A DNA stretch of 64,000 bases from Oikopleura dioica (lineage: Eukaryota; Animalia; Chordata). The stretch covers positions 13,578,001 to 13,642,000 of the forward strand of contig OU015566.1 of the NCBI GenBank assembly GCA_907165135.1, written 5' to 3'. The notes below the pieces were generated by a model, which did no database searches, was not told the DNA's origin, and worked only from the letters and a program-made list of their open reading frames with translations. Within the stretch, counting starts at the first letter, position 1. Each line of letters begins with the position of its first letter. Positions 36,069 through 52,404 of this stretch are shown in pieces. Both the position numbers and the translations under genes were made by a program.

Positions 36069-36905
36069 TTATTTGAGAAGGACCAGTTGGTGGTTGAGTT
36101 TTTCGCTGACCAGACATGCAGAGCGCATGAGACTTCGCATTACAATCAGCATTTTCAAAAAACATAAACAGCTTATGACCGATTTTTGCGCAGGCTTCCG
36201 GTCGACGACGATCAAACCAGTAGATTTTACTCTCGTCGTAATTCGACTTGATCTATTAATTTTATTTATAAACTTATATTACTCTACAGTACCAGTTCGT
36301 ACTCCTCCCTGAAGTAGGGATCGGCGAGCCAACCATTTTCAAGATGACAGTAAGCTGCTGCTTCAGTAAATTCAAGTTCATCTCGTGAAGTAAAAATTGA
36401 GAGATCTCGGTTGATAAACTCATTAACTGCTGCCAAATTTTTCAATCTGGTCAAAAATTTGAGAGATCTTTTCAAAATTTTATTATGGCGGCTGGTTTTA
36501 GTGCAAGCATATGACTTTTTGTGTTCATGCACATGAATTTTCGATGAGAATTAAATCACAGAAATTAATAGAACACGTTTCCTGAATCCAATCATTAATC
36601 ATCTCCCCGAGAATCTCGATGTTCTCACTTGGAGTTTTTGTCTCATCGAATTCGTGCATTTCAACAAGCTCAAAAATCGGAGAAGATTCGCAAGGACCTT
36701 CATTTTGATAGAGTTGCATGACTTTTCTTGTGGCTTCATATCTGTTGATGAGTTTTCGCCTCATTTTCCATGGAACTCTCGATCGCAAATCGAAGGCTTC
36801 GAAGACAAAGCTGTCAAGATCATCCCAGAAGTCCAAAAATTGTTGATGCGGGGCAGCAGTTTGGCTAAGCCCGATCAAAAAGCTGATCAAAAATGGCTCT
36901 CTCAT
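36069..36905 (-). CDS. Secreted protein with helical Cys domain and reduced C-type-lectin-like domain
   Basis: Signal MREPFLISFLIGLSQTA, then LEFTEAAAYCHLENGWLADP and IYWFD...CAKI...ADCNAKSHALC-stop 36069. It could splice onward to the propeller exons at 36003. Confidence 0.65.
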
Positions 36906-37589
36906 TTTGGATTCAAAACCAGCCTCTGTAGGTCCTACGGTCTTCGATCATTGTTTTTATAGTTTTTAAGTTTTCATTGTTAATTATTCTGACTTCCTAC
37001 CAGAAGCTGGAATTAAATGGTCTCAACGGAAGCGCTTTTCCTTTTCTTTTTCTGTACAAATAAGGGGATAATTCGTTCGAATCCGTTAGTAAGTACTGTA
37101 AACGCAGTATTTCTTCGGCAATAATTGACTCGGCCATCATTGCTTGCCAAAGAAAAGATGGTTGTTCTGGGCGTGGATTGTAATTTCCATCGAATTGTCA
37201 TTAGAGGGAACCGCAGCCGCGCTCGTCGCGTCGCGGCAAGGACGATTTCACGGCGCCAAACCGAGCAGTGCAAAATGCAATTAAAGATTGCACCACCACC
37301 GCCGCCCGCCTCATTAAGGAGCAACCGACGCCGATACTGACTAAAACCAACAACGACATCGGACATCAACTCAAAACTCCACCCGCCACCGCCGCCAAAA
37401 CCGCCAAAAGCCCCGTTGGACGAGTAAAATATTCACACCACGCATAAAAGTCCAATTCACCTTCTTTTATGAATCGAAATCGAGGATAATTTTTGACAAT
37501 GCTCGAATTTTTTCCAGCAGAATTTGCACGACCCATTTTCTGTTTGAATCAAGAGTCTCAAGCTGAAAATTGCTTATTTGAATAATGAG

Positions 37590-37950
37590 AACCGAACCAA
37601 CCTGAACTTGGCTCGATCTTACTGTATAAAACTGAAGGCCTCAAATCGTTTTCTACCTCATTTACGATTTTGAAGAGAAAGACTCTTTTTTTTTGAAAAA
37701 ATGGAAAAGAACATAAAATGAAAACTAAATCCTCTGCAATTTTTATTTGATCGAAAGCTTTTTTATAAAAAAATAATTGTTATACATTTCTTTTAATAAT
37801 TTAAAAACCGAACCAACCTTAACTTGGGTCGATCTTACTGTATAAAACTGATGCTTTCAGATATTTTACTATTTCAATTACGATTTTGATGAGAAAGACT
37901 CTCTTTTCGAAAAAAAAAAATGAAAGAGAGCATCAAATGAAAACTAGATT
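37590..37950. repeat. Tandem duplication, about 216-bp period
   Basis: AACCGAACCAACCT(G/T)AACTTGG(C/G)TCGATCTTACTGTATAAAACTGA...TTACGATTTTGA(A/T)GAGAAAGACTCT...AAATGAAAACTA starts at 37590 and again at 37806. Confidence 0.8.
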
Positions 37951-38407
37951 TTGTGTACCTTGTTATATTCTTGATCCATAAAATTATTTTATAAAAAATA
38001 ATTTCTTTTTAAAATGAAAATCATCACTCCCCATCCAGTCTTCAACTGCGTCGTTTTCATTTGTAATCACTTTGGCTTTAAAAAAAGTTACAAATTTATT
38101 ATTCAAAATTAAACTGTTTTGAAATGTCATTAAAATACATTCTGTAAGCAGCAAAAAAAAAATGAACGTGAGAGTCTGAATTGCTTGGAATTGTCTGAGA
38201 TTGAGCGTGAAACGTTTCGAAACATTGAATTTAGCAGCGTTGAGCGAGGCGACTTCTGCGTAACCATAAAGTGAAATAAGCGGAAAATCGAATCTGGGAA
38301 GTAAAGAACTAGCGGTCAAGGTGGCCTCATTATCTAACAATTTATTACTCATTTTGCGTGACATTATCGAGGAAAGAAGAGTTTTTGGAGAGATCGGCGC
38401 TTTTCTT

Positions 38408-39013
38408 TCAGGAGTAGAGGCGGAGGATGTTGTCTACCGTGAATTCTTGGGCGCAAGATGGACACTTCTTTGGAACTAGCTCCGTCAAGCAGTGAGAGCA
38501 GTACTTTCAAAGGTTAATTAATCCAGGGCCGATAGAATTTTATTGAAATTTGAACCTTGGCTTGTGACCGCATGGGGTGATAGCAGATTCGAATCGATCA
38601 TCAGTGTTAAACTCATTGAAGCAAATCTTGCAAGATGAATTGCCAGAATGTTCTTCATTGAGACTCGGAGGGTTTTTGAAATTCAAGTATCGATCTCGCG
38701 CTGCCGTCAGATTCCGCAAACTATGCTCACCCTCATTCAATTCAGCTTGGTTCATTTCAAGCCTTGTCAAAATGTCTCTATTGCGTTGTTCCTGATTTTT
38801 TATTTTCTCGTTCAAATGACCCAACACAATTTCCTCAGAACACTTCTGAACCTTCTTCATAGCATCATTACAGCATGTGGAAAAGTAGTAATCAGCGAAG
38901 GAAATTGATCGACTCTCGCAAGAATTCACGCGGCATTTGAATTCTGGATACCACATACGTCCGCCATACTTCTTGTGAAATGAGCAGTAAGTGTTTCTCC
39001 CGTCCTCGTACAT
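38408..39013 (-). CDS. Coiled-coil plus C-terminal RING-HC finger protein (5' end may extend)
   Basis: CKICFNEF...ITPCGHK is spliced to (Y)CSHCLTELVPKKCPSCAQEFTVDNILRLYS-stop at 38408. Confidence 0.8.
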
Positions 39014-40127
39014 TTGATGAGTTATTCTTGAATAACGTTATATAATCGCTAATAAAATCAAATATTGATAAACCTCTGGCAATCTTTACACGCCGTCTTA
39101 GTAGTATAGCGATGATTAAGAAATGAAAGATGGGAACTAGAGAGTGAGAACCATTTAACATCCTCAGTCATTTGAATATTCTCATAACAAAACTTCATTT
39201 TTCTCTTTTGAAAGTCTGATTTCTTTAGCAATAAATTATTGACAATAATTCTTCACATCCTTGTACGTTATGCAAAGAGACAGAGACACCACTGCCACAC
39301 AAAAAAAAAACGTTTGCTCGCACACGCGCGTTGTGCAAAGAGGGATGATGATGGCTGTTGCTATCCGATAATTTGCGCGCAGCTGAGTCGCCTCCCTAAA
39401 CCGCTCATTTTCGAAGCTTTTTGATTTCTCGTTGAATTTACTTTCCTCCCTGTTTTTGCTCTCCTCTTCACCTGACATAAGTTAGAATCATTTTTACTTT
39501 ACGTCTGAGTCAGAATTGTAAACGAAAAGTCTGCCTTTTTGAAATCGATGAACTCTGGAATTCGCGTTTTTGGGAGAATGATTAACATGGAAGTAGGAAA
39601 CATATTCATGGCTTGTTCTGCCTCTTTCTTTCTGAACAACTTTTTGAACAAGAGTGTCGGTTTCTCGGACAAGCGCCCCGCTCGCCCCAAATTAACCGCA
39701 GCAGACCAAGCGCTTCCTCGAAACATGCGCCGACAATAAACCTCGTTATGGTTAGATTTTCTTCTTCAGCTTCATTTTTTCCTTCGTTTTTTTCTTCATT
39801 TTTCGTCTTTGAAAATCCGATAATTGCTTCTCCCGAAAACTCCAGGGCGAAAAATGCACGCTCCCAGAGCTGATCCTAGCTATATCAGTGTCCTGTGTTT
39901 TGATTTTGTGCGCTGGGCAGCTTGGGCTTATTGGACTCTCATTTCAACTCTCTGTTTTCCAAAAGCGGCGATAATCTTCCAACGAGCCAGAAAAAGTTGT
40001 AAAATTAGACTCGGCCACGAAACTTGAGCATTTTTCAACACCAGGTTAGCACTGTCCGACGGTCAACAAAGCGGACTTCATTAACCTGTTTGGTAAATTC
40101 TGACCAACAGGGTGGTAAGGCGCTAAT

Positions 40128-40455
40128 TGTCAGGCAGACAATTTATTTGTCTCGCAGACGAAAATCCTCTCGAAAAAACACCTTCTTGATAAAAATTTAT
40201 CTGGTAGACGAAAATTCGTCTGGTAGACAAAAGTTCGTCTGGTAGACCAAAAAACGTCTGGTAGACAAAAATTCGTCTGGTAGACAAAAATTTGTCTGGT
40301 AGACAAAAATTCGTCTTGTAGACAGAAACTCGTCTAGTAGACAAAAATCTGTCTGGTAGACAAAAATCTGCCTAACAGACAATCATTTGTCTAGCAGACA
40401 AGATCTCTGTCTCGTGACGAGACTCTCGTCGACAAAGGCCTTGTCTGATAGACAG
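40128..40455. repeat. 19-bp minisatellite of palindromic GTCT-NNN-AGAC units
   Basis: About 14 degenerate copies of GTCTGGTAGACAAAAATTC, regular between 40197 and 40400. There are no unique spacers. Confidence 0.9.
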
Positions 40456-41111
40456 AGGAGAAAAAATATATATTTATCTCCAAATCGAATAGAACATCTC
40501 CATGTCACAGTTTATTTGGTCTGGGAAAGAATCAGCATTTCAGGTGTTCATTAATCACTTCCGTTTATTGCTTTACCGAGAAAGCAATCCGTGTTCTGCA
40601 TTGTTTCGCTACATTCGTCGAAAACACGGAAAAGCGGAATACACCGCGAAAACTTCCGGATTAGTGGAGAACTCGCCGGCTAGAGCAACAACCTGGACTT
40701 AATCCGACGCTCTCCGCTGATCTGGAAAAAATAGCTCCGACGGTTTTATGCTGCTCATTGCTAATTCGGCTATCACGTGCCAGATGCTTGTAACTCTACT
40801 GTTTACTTGTAATGAGATGGCTTTACGAGCGGTTGAAATACACAAGTTCGAAAAATCGGACTTTTCAATATCCAAAAATGCCTCAAAAGTGAATCAACTG
40901 AAAGAAACCGAGGAGAAGGTAAAATTAGCTGCCAAAATAGCGGATCATCCGCGATAAAGTAACTTGGACAAGTGGAAACGAAAAGTTGCGATTTGAAAAT
41001 GTCACCACGCTCTAAGGAAATACTGACATTTCAAACTTCCTGTTTTGCGGCTCAATCCACAACCGCACATTTCGAGGTTTGAATACTTTTTGAGCACGTT
41101 TTTTGGAATTT

Positions 41112-41578
41112 TTATTTCTTGAACAAGATCGCAGCAAATTCAAAAGCAATTGTTGTTCCGGCAATAACTCGGGTCAGGGTGTCAATGTTTTCAGCAAGAG
41201 CCTTATCTTCTTCAGCATTATTGTTGTTCTCAAGCTGTGATTCTTCTGTACTGGTAGTTTGTCCATCAGACAAAGATATATTCGATCGAAGATCATGAAG
41301 ATTTTTCTCCATCTTCCTCATTCGATCATTCAACCTGCGATCTTCCTGTTCTTTCTCAAGTTTATCATTTGCTGATTAAGGGTATCCCTCTCTAAACCTC
41401 TCTTTTCAAGGAAAAAGGATACCAATCCTGAGTTAACCTGCAGCTCAAATATTTTTCGATTCAAACTTGTGATTTCATCCCTCAAATCATCAGCTTCCGA
41501 TTTTTTCTTTTGCGACTCTCTTGAATAAGAAACGTCCGAAAAACTTATTTCAGAGCTTGACGCATTTGAGCTGAGCAT
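41112..41578 (-). CDS. Small coiled-coil protein, paralog of 32010-32554
   Basis: MLSSNASSSEISFSDVSYSRESQKKKSEADDLRDEITSLNRKIFELQ, followed by further heptad exons. Confidence 0.6.
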
Positions 41579-41669
41579 CTTTTCGTTTTTCAACAAAAAT
41601 GAGCAGCTTATTATCTGATTGTAAAACAGGTCTTTTGCGAAGAGAACAATAAAAAAGTGATTTTGAGCT

Positions 41670-42330
41670 TTAGATTTTTAATTGATGCTTGCGACGAATG
41701 TAAAACGCGAAAACAAACACAAACAGCTTCCAGTACGCAAGTAGCCCGCAACGAGCTTCTTTAGCATCTCCGTGGCGAATCGGGATTTGTTGTAACACAT
41801 TCACAAATTCTCTTGTTACAGCTTTTTGAACACGGTTTCCTTTCCCAAGACTGAAGCTAGAAAAACTCAAGAGTAAAAAAATAAATTTATTTAAAAAAAA
41901 TTACAATTAACAGAAAACTCATCAAATGAGTGCCATTCCAAGACTTCCAAGAAACCGTCCAATGTAATAAAGAACATTCATCAGAATCGCCACTAAAAAA
42001 CCTTATTTCAAATAAATTGAATAAAGAATACCAAAAACGAGCCATTCAACAAACATCAGCACACATGATAAAATCAACTTGATGTGGCCAAGTCGCGATC
42101 GAGGAGCAATATCGTCGAATTCTTCCAAATCCATGGTCAGGTTCAGCTTTTCTTACAGTAAGAATACAGTTGTGTTCTTATCAACTTACCTTCGAGGCAA
42201 CATTTCGGCTCAAAGAGCTAAATTTCTCACTGACGAGGATGCTTCCTCGAGAAAGGGTGGACTGCCTGAAAGAGGAAAAATTAAGGGGGAGGTCGTCGAG
42301 AAAATTTTTTTCGCCTTTTCAAAATTTTGA
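41670..42330 (-). CDS. Possible multi-exon membrane protein (one in-frame TAA near 42017, may be a pseudogene)
   Basis: Exon-like frames QSTLSRGSILVSEK / LNLTMDLEEFDD..LILSCVLMFVEWLVFGILYSIYLK*GFLVAILMNVLYYIG / ..GLLAYWKLFVFVFAFYIRRK. Confidence 0.35.
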
Positions 42331-43545
42331 TTATATTTTTGGATTCCTCGATAAAAATGGAGTATTTTTGGTCTCTAGCCTTTTCTCAATTTGTTAACTT
42401 TTTAATGTAAAATTTTCGATTTTAAGTCTCGAACTTGAAATTTCTTGAAAATTATAAGTTGATGATTTCGTCGAAAAACTATCTGAAATTGATTATTATT
42501 TACTAAGCATTGTTTTAAAATGATTTCTGACTAATTATTTTTAAAAAAATCCTAGTCTTTGTAATTCTTGTAGAATTCTCCATGAAAAAATGGCTAAAAA
42601 TGTCGATTTTGACGAAAATCGAATATTTTTAATCAATAAGAAAAAAATTTTTATGAAAGTTACCCTTAATTTTTTTATCGCCGGTTAATTTTTAAGGGTC
42701 TAAACTATTTATAAATTATATTTGATGAAGAAAAAAAAAACTCGGTTTTCAAGATTTTTTGGTCACGAGACACCCCCACTTCAGTCCTAATTTTTGAAAA
42801 ATTAAAAAAAAAATTTTTTTTCTGCTTTTCGCCGGTTAATTTTTCAAACCCTTTTCTTTCAATCTGAAAAGTCAGAATTTTCCTATCTAATCGGGTTTCT
42901 CCGCATTTTTGGTCACGGAAATCCCGATTCTCGTCGACCTCCCCCTTAAGGGTCTACCCAAGCTTAATTTTCAACCGCGAAAACGGCCAATAAGAACCTC
43001 TAAACGTCATTTTTACCTTGATGGCTGCTTTTCTAGCGGTTGCATGGCACTAAGATCCAACTCTATTTTCTTCCACAACCGCCTGAGAATTCTAGAGATG
43101 AAGAGCTCCTTACTTCTAAATTTTCAACTTTCCCAAAATCGCCTTTTCAAAATTTGGTGCTATAATCACCCGCCTTGCTGTATCCGCTCATCCCGGGGGA
43201 TCAACCGGATTCCTCAAATGATCGGTCATTATCTCCAACCTGCTCTTTTTTTGCAAGAAAAAAAATGAGATGGATTAAATATTTTATCGTTTTTATTTAA
43301 TATTTTTGTCCTCGTAACACATTTTGCGACAGAATTCAGTTTTTCGTTTTTTTGTACAGATATTTTTGTGATTGAAGTGTTTTTCAAAATAGAGAAGTCG
43401 AAAGCATTTGCTAGTAGCAGAATCTTGATGATTTAAAATTGTAAAATATGTACAGTTAGAAACTCTGTAAATAAAATAGTTTTTGGCACATGAAAGGTTG
43501 ATTCTTCTTTTTTTAATTTTAGGCAAAATTCAAGCTTGGTTCTTC

Positions 43546-47066
<3,521 letters not shown>

Positions 47067-49422
47067 TCATCGTTAGATAGAATCATCCCTTTTTTCATAA
47101 AATTTGGCCGGCAAAAAGAGAAAATTGCGCTCTAAAATTACAGAATAGGAGTTTGATCCCCTTAATCTCCGCCTCTTTCTTCAATTTCTTACCTTCCATA
47201 GGAAAGGGAGCCGGGCGAAACGGCTGGGCCGCTCCTAGATTTGGCGCTTGCATCGTTTTTTTTTGGAGTTTTTTTAGTTTTCTTCCTTGATTTCACTCGA
47301 TTTTTTCAATATCTCTCAGACAAGTATCCTCTTTTTACGATCAAAGTTTTAAAAAACAGGGATTGCTCCACTTTGGAATGAAATTCGATGTTTTGAGTAA
47401 AGCTAGAAGCTGGTGGCTTGAGCTCTGGGCTCACGATGCAGCCAGTCCTTGGCTCTTGCGTTCCGCTAGGCGGCGCGCTATTTTTAGTGCGACACGAGAT
47501 CGCTCCCCGGCGCGCTGCGGGACTGAGTTTTTTTCTGGCTCCCGAGCGCCCCGGTAAAGGGTTTACTTTTCCTTAGTTTATTAATAAAATAGCTGTTTGA
47601 TTAAAAAAATAGACATGACTTTGGACAAAGATCATTTTCTGGTTTAAAATCGACCGCCTGAACAAACAGAACAACTCGTCAGCAGGTGCGTTTCGTTTCT
47701 TTCTTTTAAATGATGTGTGTTGAGCTACTTCTTGAAATTTTTGAAACAGTAGCGAAGACTAACTTTTTACGAGGCCAAATGCCAACTCAGTTATTTCCAC
47801 ATTTGGGGCCAATTCGCGAAATTGCGCGTTCTTAGATCTTCAAATGGCGCAGGCAGATTATTTGTTCCGCATTGATACTCTGTACTTTTGTATTTTGATT
47901 AAGGCCCTCCCTTGGAAACTAAAAAAAATAATTCATCAGAAAGGATAATCTAAAATCAGGGCATAAAAGTCATCTTGAAATTTTAACCCCCTTCTGCGTG
48001 AAAACCATTTTACTGGAAACGCTCTTTTTAGCGAATATCGAAGCGAGACCCTTAAATTTTCTGTTGATTTATAAGTTTTACATCAAATTTAAGGGTGTCT
48101 CGAAGATATCGTTGTTTGAAAAAGAGGCGATTTTATTGGGAAAATTTCGAATTCTGAGCTTTTCCAAAACCAAAAGCCCAAATTTCATCCCCTTTGATGT
48201 GTTCGATCTTGCATTAAACTTGGATTGAACGGTCAGGATCGGGTTAACCCGGCTGAGCGCAATCTTGGGTCGGTAATGGGTGTGTAACGTGGTGTGCCAT
48301 TGGCGGAACTAAATGAATAAAACGCCACTTTGGTTCCATTTCAAAATCCCCTCATCCGATCTCCCAAGGCCAATCCAACTAACTAGGCACTGCTCTAGCC
48401 AGACTCGAAGACGTCACCCGAGATCACTCGCGAAAGCCGCGCAAATATACCGTGAACAAATGTTATATAAAACTAAACAGCTTTAAGATAAAATTCAATC
48501 AAATCAAATGCAAAATTAACCCTTTTCTTCCAAGTCACCCGAAAAAATGGTCATTTTTACCTCCTCAAAATACGGTATAATGTTAATTTAAGGCTACTGC
48601 GTCTTTTTTTCTTACTTTTAACAATTTAGGACATTAGGGGTGAGGTTTTACGGACAATTTAGGGAGAAAAATGATGGTTTTTTTCTCAAAAATGATGAAA
48701 AAAAAGGCCACACTGCCGCGCGAAAACAGAGATAATCCCTTTTCAAGTGCCTTGGTGGCGTATTTTAACCACTTGAGATTTTCCTCAACCCTTTTTCAGC
48801 CAATCATCGTTTCTCATTTCTTTCTTTCTTATGAAATTTAGTCGAGGAGACAGGGAAAAATTGTCCGGAATGAATTATTATTGGTGGATTTCACGGGCTA
48901 ACTTGCCCGAGCTTCGGCCGTAATTTGGATGACATGACGTTCGTCACAATTTTACGCAGTCCAAGAATAATCAAACAGAAGACTTAAAACTCACGTAAAA
49001 GAAGTCTTCGCGGAATCTCGCGATTTTAGAAATTTTAGAAAATTTCTTCATTTTTTTCTTTAAATTTTTTGCAGCTCAAAAATAAGATTTTATTTAATAA
49101 ATTTTTTTATTAAAATTAATCATTCGAATAATCGCAGCTGTCAGTTTTTCCTTGTTTAAAAAAGTGAAGGTTGTTTAGCGGGGATTTCCGGATTCGCCCT
49201 TCCCCCGTTGCCAGGAAGTGTAACGGTTACATCTGTGACCGAGAAAACTCAACCAAAACCATTTTCATTTTGCGCGAGACAGCTCTACAGACAGCGTGAA
49301 ATTCAAAAGCCAGCATTTGTTGTTGATATTTTCCAAAATAGTGGACTTGCCACTTCCGGCTCAAAAAAGGAGTCGAAGGTGCAAGTTTAAAACAAAACTG
49401 TCACCCCAGCATTGATACAGTA

Positions 49423-49670
49423 GCTAAGCTCTATCCGAGGCCGAAGGCCGAGGGAGGGGGCGAAGCCCCCCTCAACATAAGAAATTGGCGGAACTCTCTT
49501 ATTATCGCAGATACCTCCAGATAAGGGTCTCTCTATCTTATTTGGGGACTCTTTACTGGAGGATCTCCCCAAATATCTTTCGATGAGGGGGGCCTCCGAT
49601 CATGTGGGACCCTAGGAGGGGGGGGGGCTTCGCCCCCTCCCTCGGCCTTCGGCCTCGGATAGAGTTGAGC
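49423..49670. mobile_element. MITE-like element with long GC-rich TIRs, upstream of Pax3/7
   Basis: About 43-bp perfect inverted repeat CTCTATCCGAGGCCGAAGGCCGAGGGAGGGGGCGAAGCCCCCC (from 49429; mirror ends 49664). TSD not clear. Confidence 0.85.
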
Positions 49671-51124
49671 CTTACAACATTACTGTAATTACTAATATAT
49701 TATCCCTTCCTGCCCTCCTCAAAGACCTCTTGGTGTGATAACACGGTATATATCTAAGTCTGACTTTTATCAAATGAAAGTCCTCTCCCCCCGCGCTTTC
49801 CAGAGCTCCGACCTTTGTAGCGATATTTTCAATGAAAATTCAACTGTCGGCGATTTAATCCGAGACATTCACCACGTTATACAAGCCAAGCTCAGCCGAT
49901 CGCCGCGGCGGATTAAAGCACCAAATTTACACAAAAAATGGTAAAGCAAAATATTAAGCGCCTTTTTCAGAAGATAGAAAAAAAGTTCTGTAAAAATACA
50001 AAATATAAAGTCAAAATCGAAAGAAAAGCAAGAAATCCTTGAAGAAAAAATACAAAAAAAAGCTCGAAGCTTAGAAAATCGCGCGAGGGATAAGTTACTC
50101 AAATGTTTATTGAAATGATTTCCGGCCAAGTCCGAAAATGCGATTTCCGTTTTTGCGCCTCCCGTGCCCATTGAAGGCGACTTCCTCTTTCTCGGGGCGG
50201 AAGGTCTTACACGGGGATCTTCTGGCTCTAGAATCGAAACTTCGAAAAATGTGGGTGCGTAAATTGGCGCAAATTGAATAACCCCACCGCGGTGGCAATT
50301 TTCGCAGCACGGAGGGATAATCAAAAGCCAAATAATCGGCAACTCTAGAATCAAACTTAGAGAGCAAAGCATCTTTTAAAATAGAAAAAGTACAGTAATG
50401 AAGTCACATTGATGCAAGACTACAGTTATTCAGGCTTTTTTTCTTCATCGAATTTTTGACTACTGTATGAAACTGTATTTTAACTGCAACTCAACTGTAA
50501 ATCGACTAGCTGTCATGATGAACTACTGCCAATACAGCTCCGATAGTTACAGTGTCGATTTCCTGCTCAGCTCGATTCGCTACTTCCGGACGATGTTCTC
50601 CCTGGAAACATCTGTTTTCGTACTAAAATTCAAGTACCAGTGTACTTCAGTGTTGCCCCCAGCTGAGAGTGCCTGTAGTAAACAGCATGGGTCCAATGGG
50701 AAGTCCATATGGCTCGTGTGCCCGGAGGCGAGTGTACTGCTAATTACCGTGTAAGGCTCTCTTTACAAGTTAATTAATCACGGATGAGCCGCGGAACTCG
50801 CCCCGGGGCAGATCAAAGCCGCCGACTTCTCTTTTTTTCGAGTCATATGCGCCGCTACAGTAAAAATGACAGAACAAGGGATGGATAGCTACTTCGCCCG
50901 TTCGACTTTTTTTTCGCCTGAGCGGCATCTAAAGTAATTATACAGTAATTCAAACAGAAGCCCTTATGGTCGAAGAATGAGGCTCAATCAAACTGTCATG
51001 TTCTGAGACATTACAGTAACTTCCGAAATCGAAGAAAAACGATGATCGATGGTCGAAAATATCCGATTTTTTTTCAAGAAGAACGTCTTTTATTTACAAT
51101 TTTTACAGTTAAAAAAATACAGTT

Positions 51125-51466
51125 TCAAACCTCGACTTCAAAATCGCTCAAATTCAAAAGGGTTGAAAATCGCTTCGGCTTGAAATTCAACGTTCCAATG
51201 AGGGTATTGCCGTCGAGGTAGGGATTTCGAACTTCTCTTTCCGGCGAATACCAGATGAACTGCTCCTCGGTTCTGCTTGAAAATGGCGATTTCTTTTCTT
51301 CGGTGAAATGGAAAAATTGATGATCGAAGAGCATGCTTTCCACGGGGATTTTCTTCAAGTCTTTTTGTTCTTTTTTGATGCTTCTGTAGAGGAAGACTGT
51401 TGCGAGAATGAAAAGGGCGACGAGGAAGCAGAGGACGAAGGTGAGGGATAAAAGAAGAGTGTTCAT
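51125..51466 (-). CDS. Single-exon small membrane protein (113 aa)
   Basis: ATG-started ORF with one N-terminal hydrophobic helix (LLLSLTFVLCFLVALFILATVFLY) followed by a basic cluster. Confidence 0.6.
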   Translation of the reverse strand: MNTLLLSLTFVLCFLVALFILATVFLYRSIKKEQKDLKKIPVESMLFDHQFFHFTEEKKSPFSSRTEEQFIWYSPEREVRNPYLDGNTLIGTLNFKPKRFSTLLNLSDFEVEV

Positions 51467-51925
51467 GTTTTTTGCTTTTTTGTTGTATTGGTTGTTCGAT
51501 TGGTTAATGGTTTCAGGAAGAAAGGGATGGGATTATATACCAGGAAGGAAGAGATTCTAGCGCCAGTAGCACCTGTAGGAGATTTGATGAAGACATCAGA
51601 TGGATTGAGATTGTAATGGCGCTCAGAATGCCTGTAAATTGGCGACTACAGGTGCTCAACAACGACGTTGAAAAAGAAAAATGGGAAAGGAATTGAATAT
51701 CAGAAAGTATATATTTCTGCAAATGGGAGACCACAAAAGGGTTTTTCATATATTTTGGCTATCTTTTTTTATGATTATTAAATTTGGCAGTTGTTCTGAC
51801 TGTTTCCGTGGTGACGGAAGAGATACACTAATATTATAAATAATGTTTAGTAATTTTTGCAGCCCCAGACGGGGCACTTATCAAAAAACCCTTCAACACT
51901 CTGACAAGTACAGTGGCTACAGTAT

Positions 51926-52404
51926 TTATTTAAATACGAGACTCGAAATAGTATTTTCATCCCACTTTCTTCCTAAACACTGACTGACATTCTTCTGGGC
52001 TTCTTCCAAAGTCGATTCTTTCCAAAAGTCGAGGAGGAAAGGAGTCATGATCTTCGGCAATACAGTAAGATCTGGGATTTGAACATACAGGGATTCAAGG
52101 GGCAGGTTCAATTGATGATGAAAGGCGGTAAGGGTGGACTCGCAAATTTTCCGGAAGCCGTAAATTCGATCTGATTCGAAGTCCTTGTGCAGTGGGCCGC
52201 TTTCTTTTTGATTTTGCTAATCAATAAACAATTGGTAAAAAGATTGTCTCCTCGCAAAAACATGCCCTTATGAAAAGTAAAGAAATCTTCAGTGTACCAC
52301 ACCATGGCTGTCATTACTTTCGTTATTGCCTCTTCATGATCCTGTAATTTTGAGTCTTCAGCGAATTCTTGATAGAAATCTTTCAGATTTTCCAGCTTGC
52401 TCAT
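51926..52404 (-). CDS. Hypothetical multi-exon protein
   Basis: MSKLENLKDFYQEFAEDSKLQDHEEAITKVMTAMVWYTEDFFTFHK plus a downstream ORF LNLPLESLYVQIPDL..; no family recognised. Confidence 0.4.

Noticed and set aside
37013-37440. Pro-rich coding exon
   Set aside because: Several frames are open, but there is no start, no consistent splice partner and no family motif. It could be regulatory DNA.
40128-40455. CRISPR-like appearance of the 19-bp palindromic array
   Set aside because: Units are directly tandem with no unique spacers, there are no cas genes, and the context is eukaryotic.
39236-41050. Small ORFs and exon-like fragments (39236-39478, an EGF-end plus TM frame near 39820-39970, and 40540-41050)
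   Set aside because: They are individually plausible but could not be linked into a supported gene.
49700-50760. Possible minus-strand gene (ORF 50107-50367 and upstream frames)
   Set aside because: No consistent phase chain or recognisable domain.
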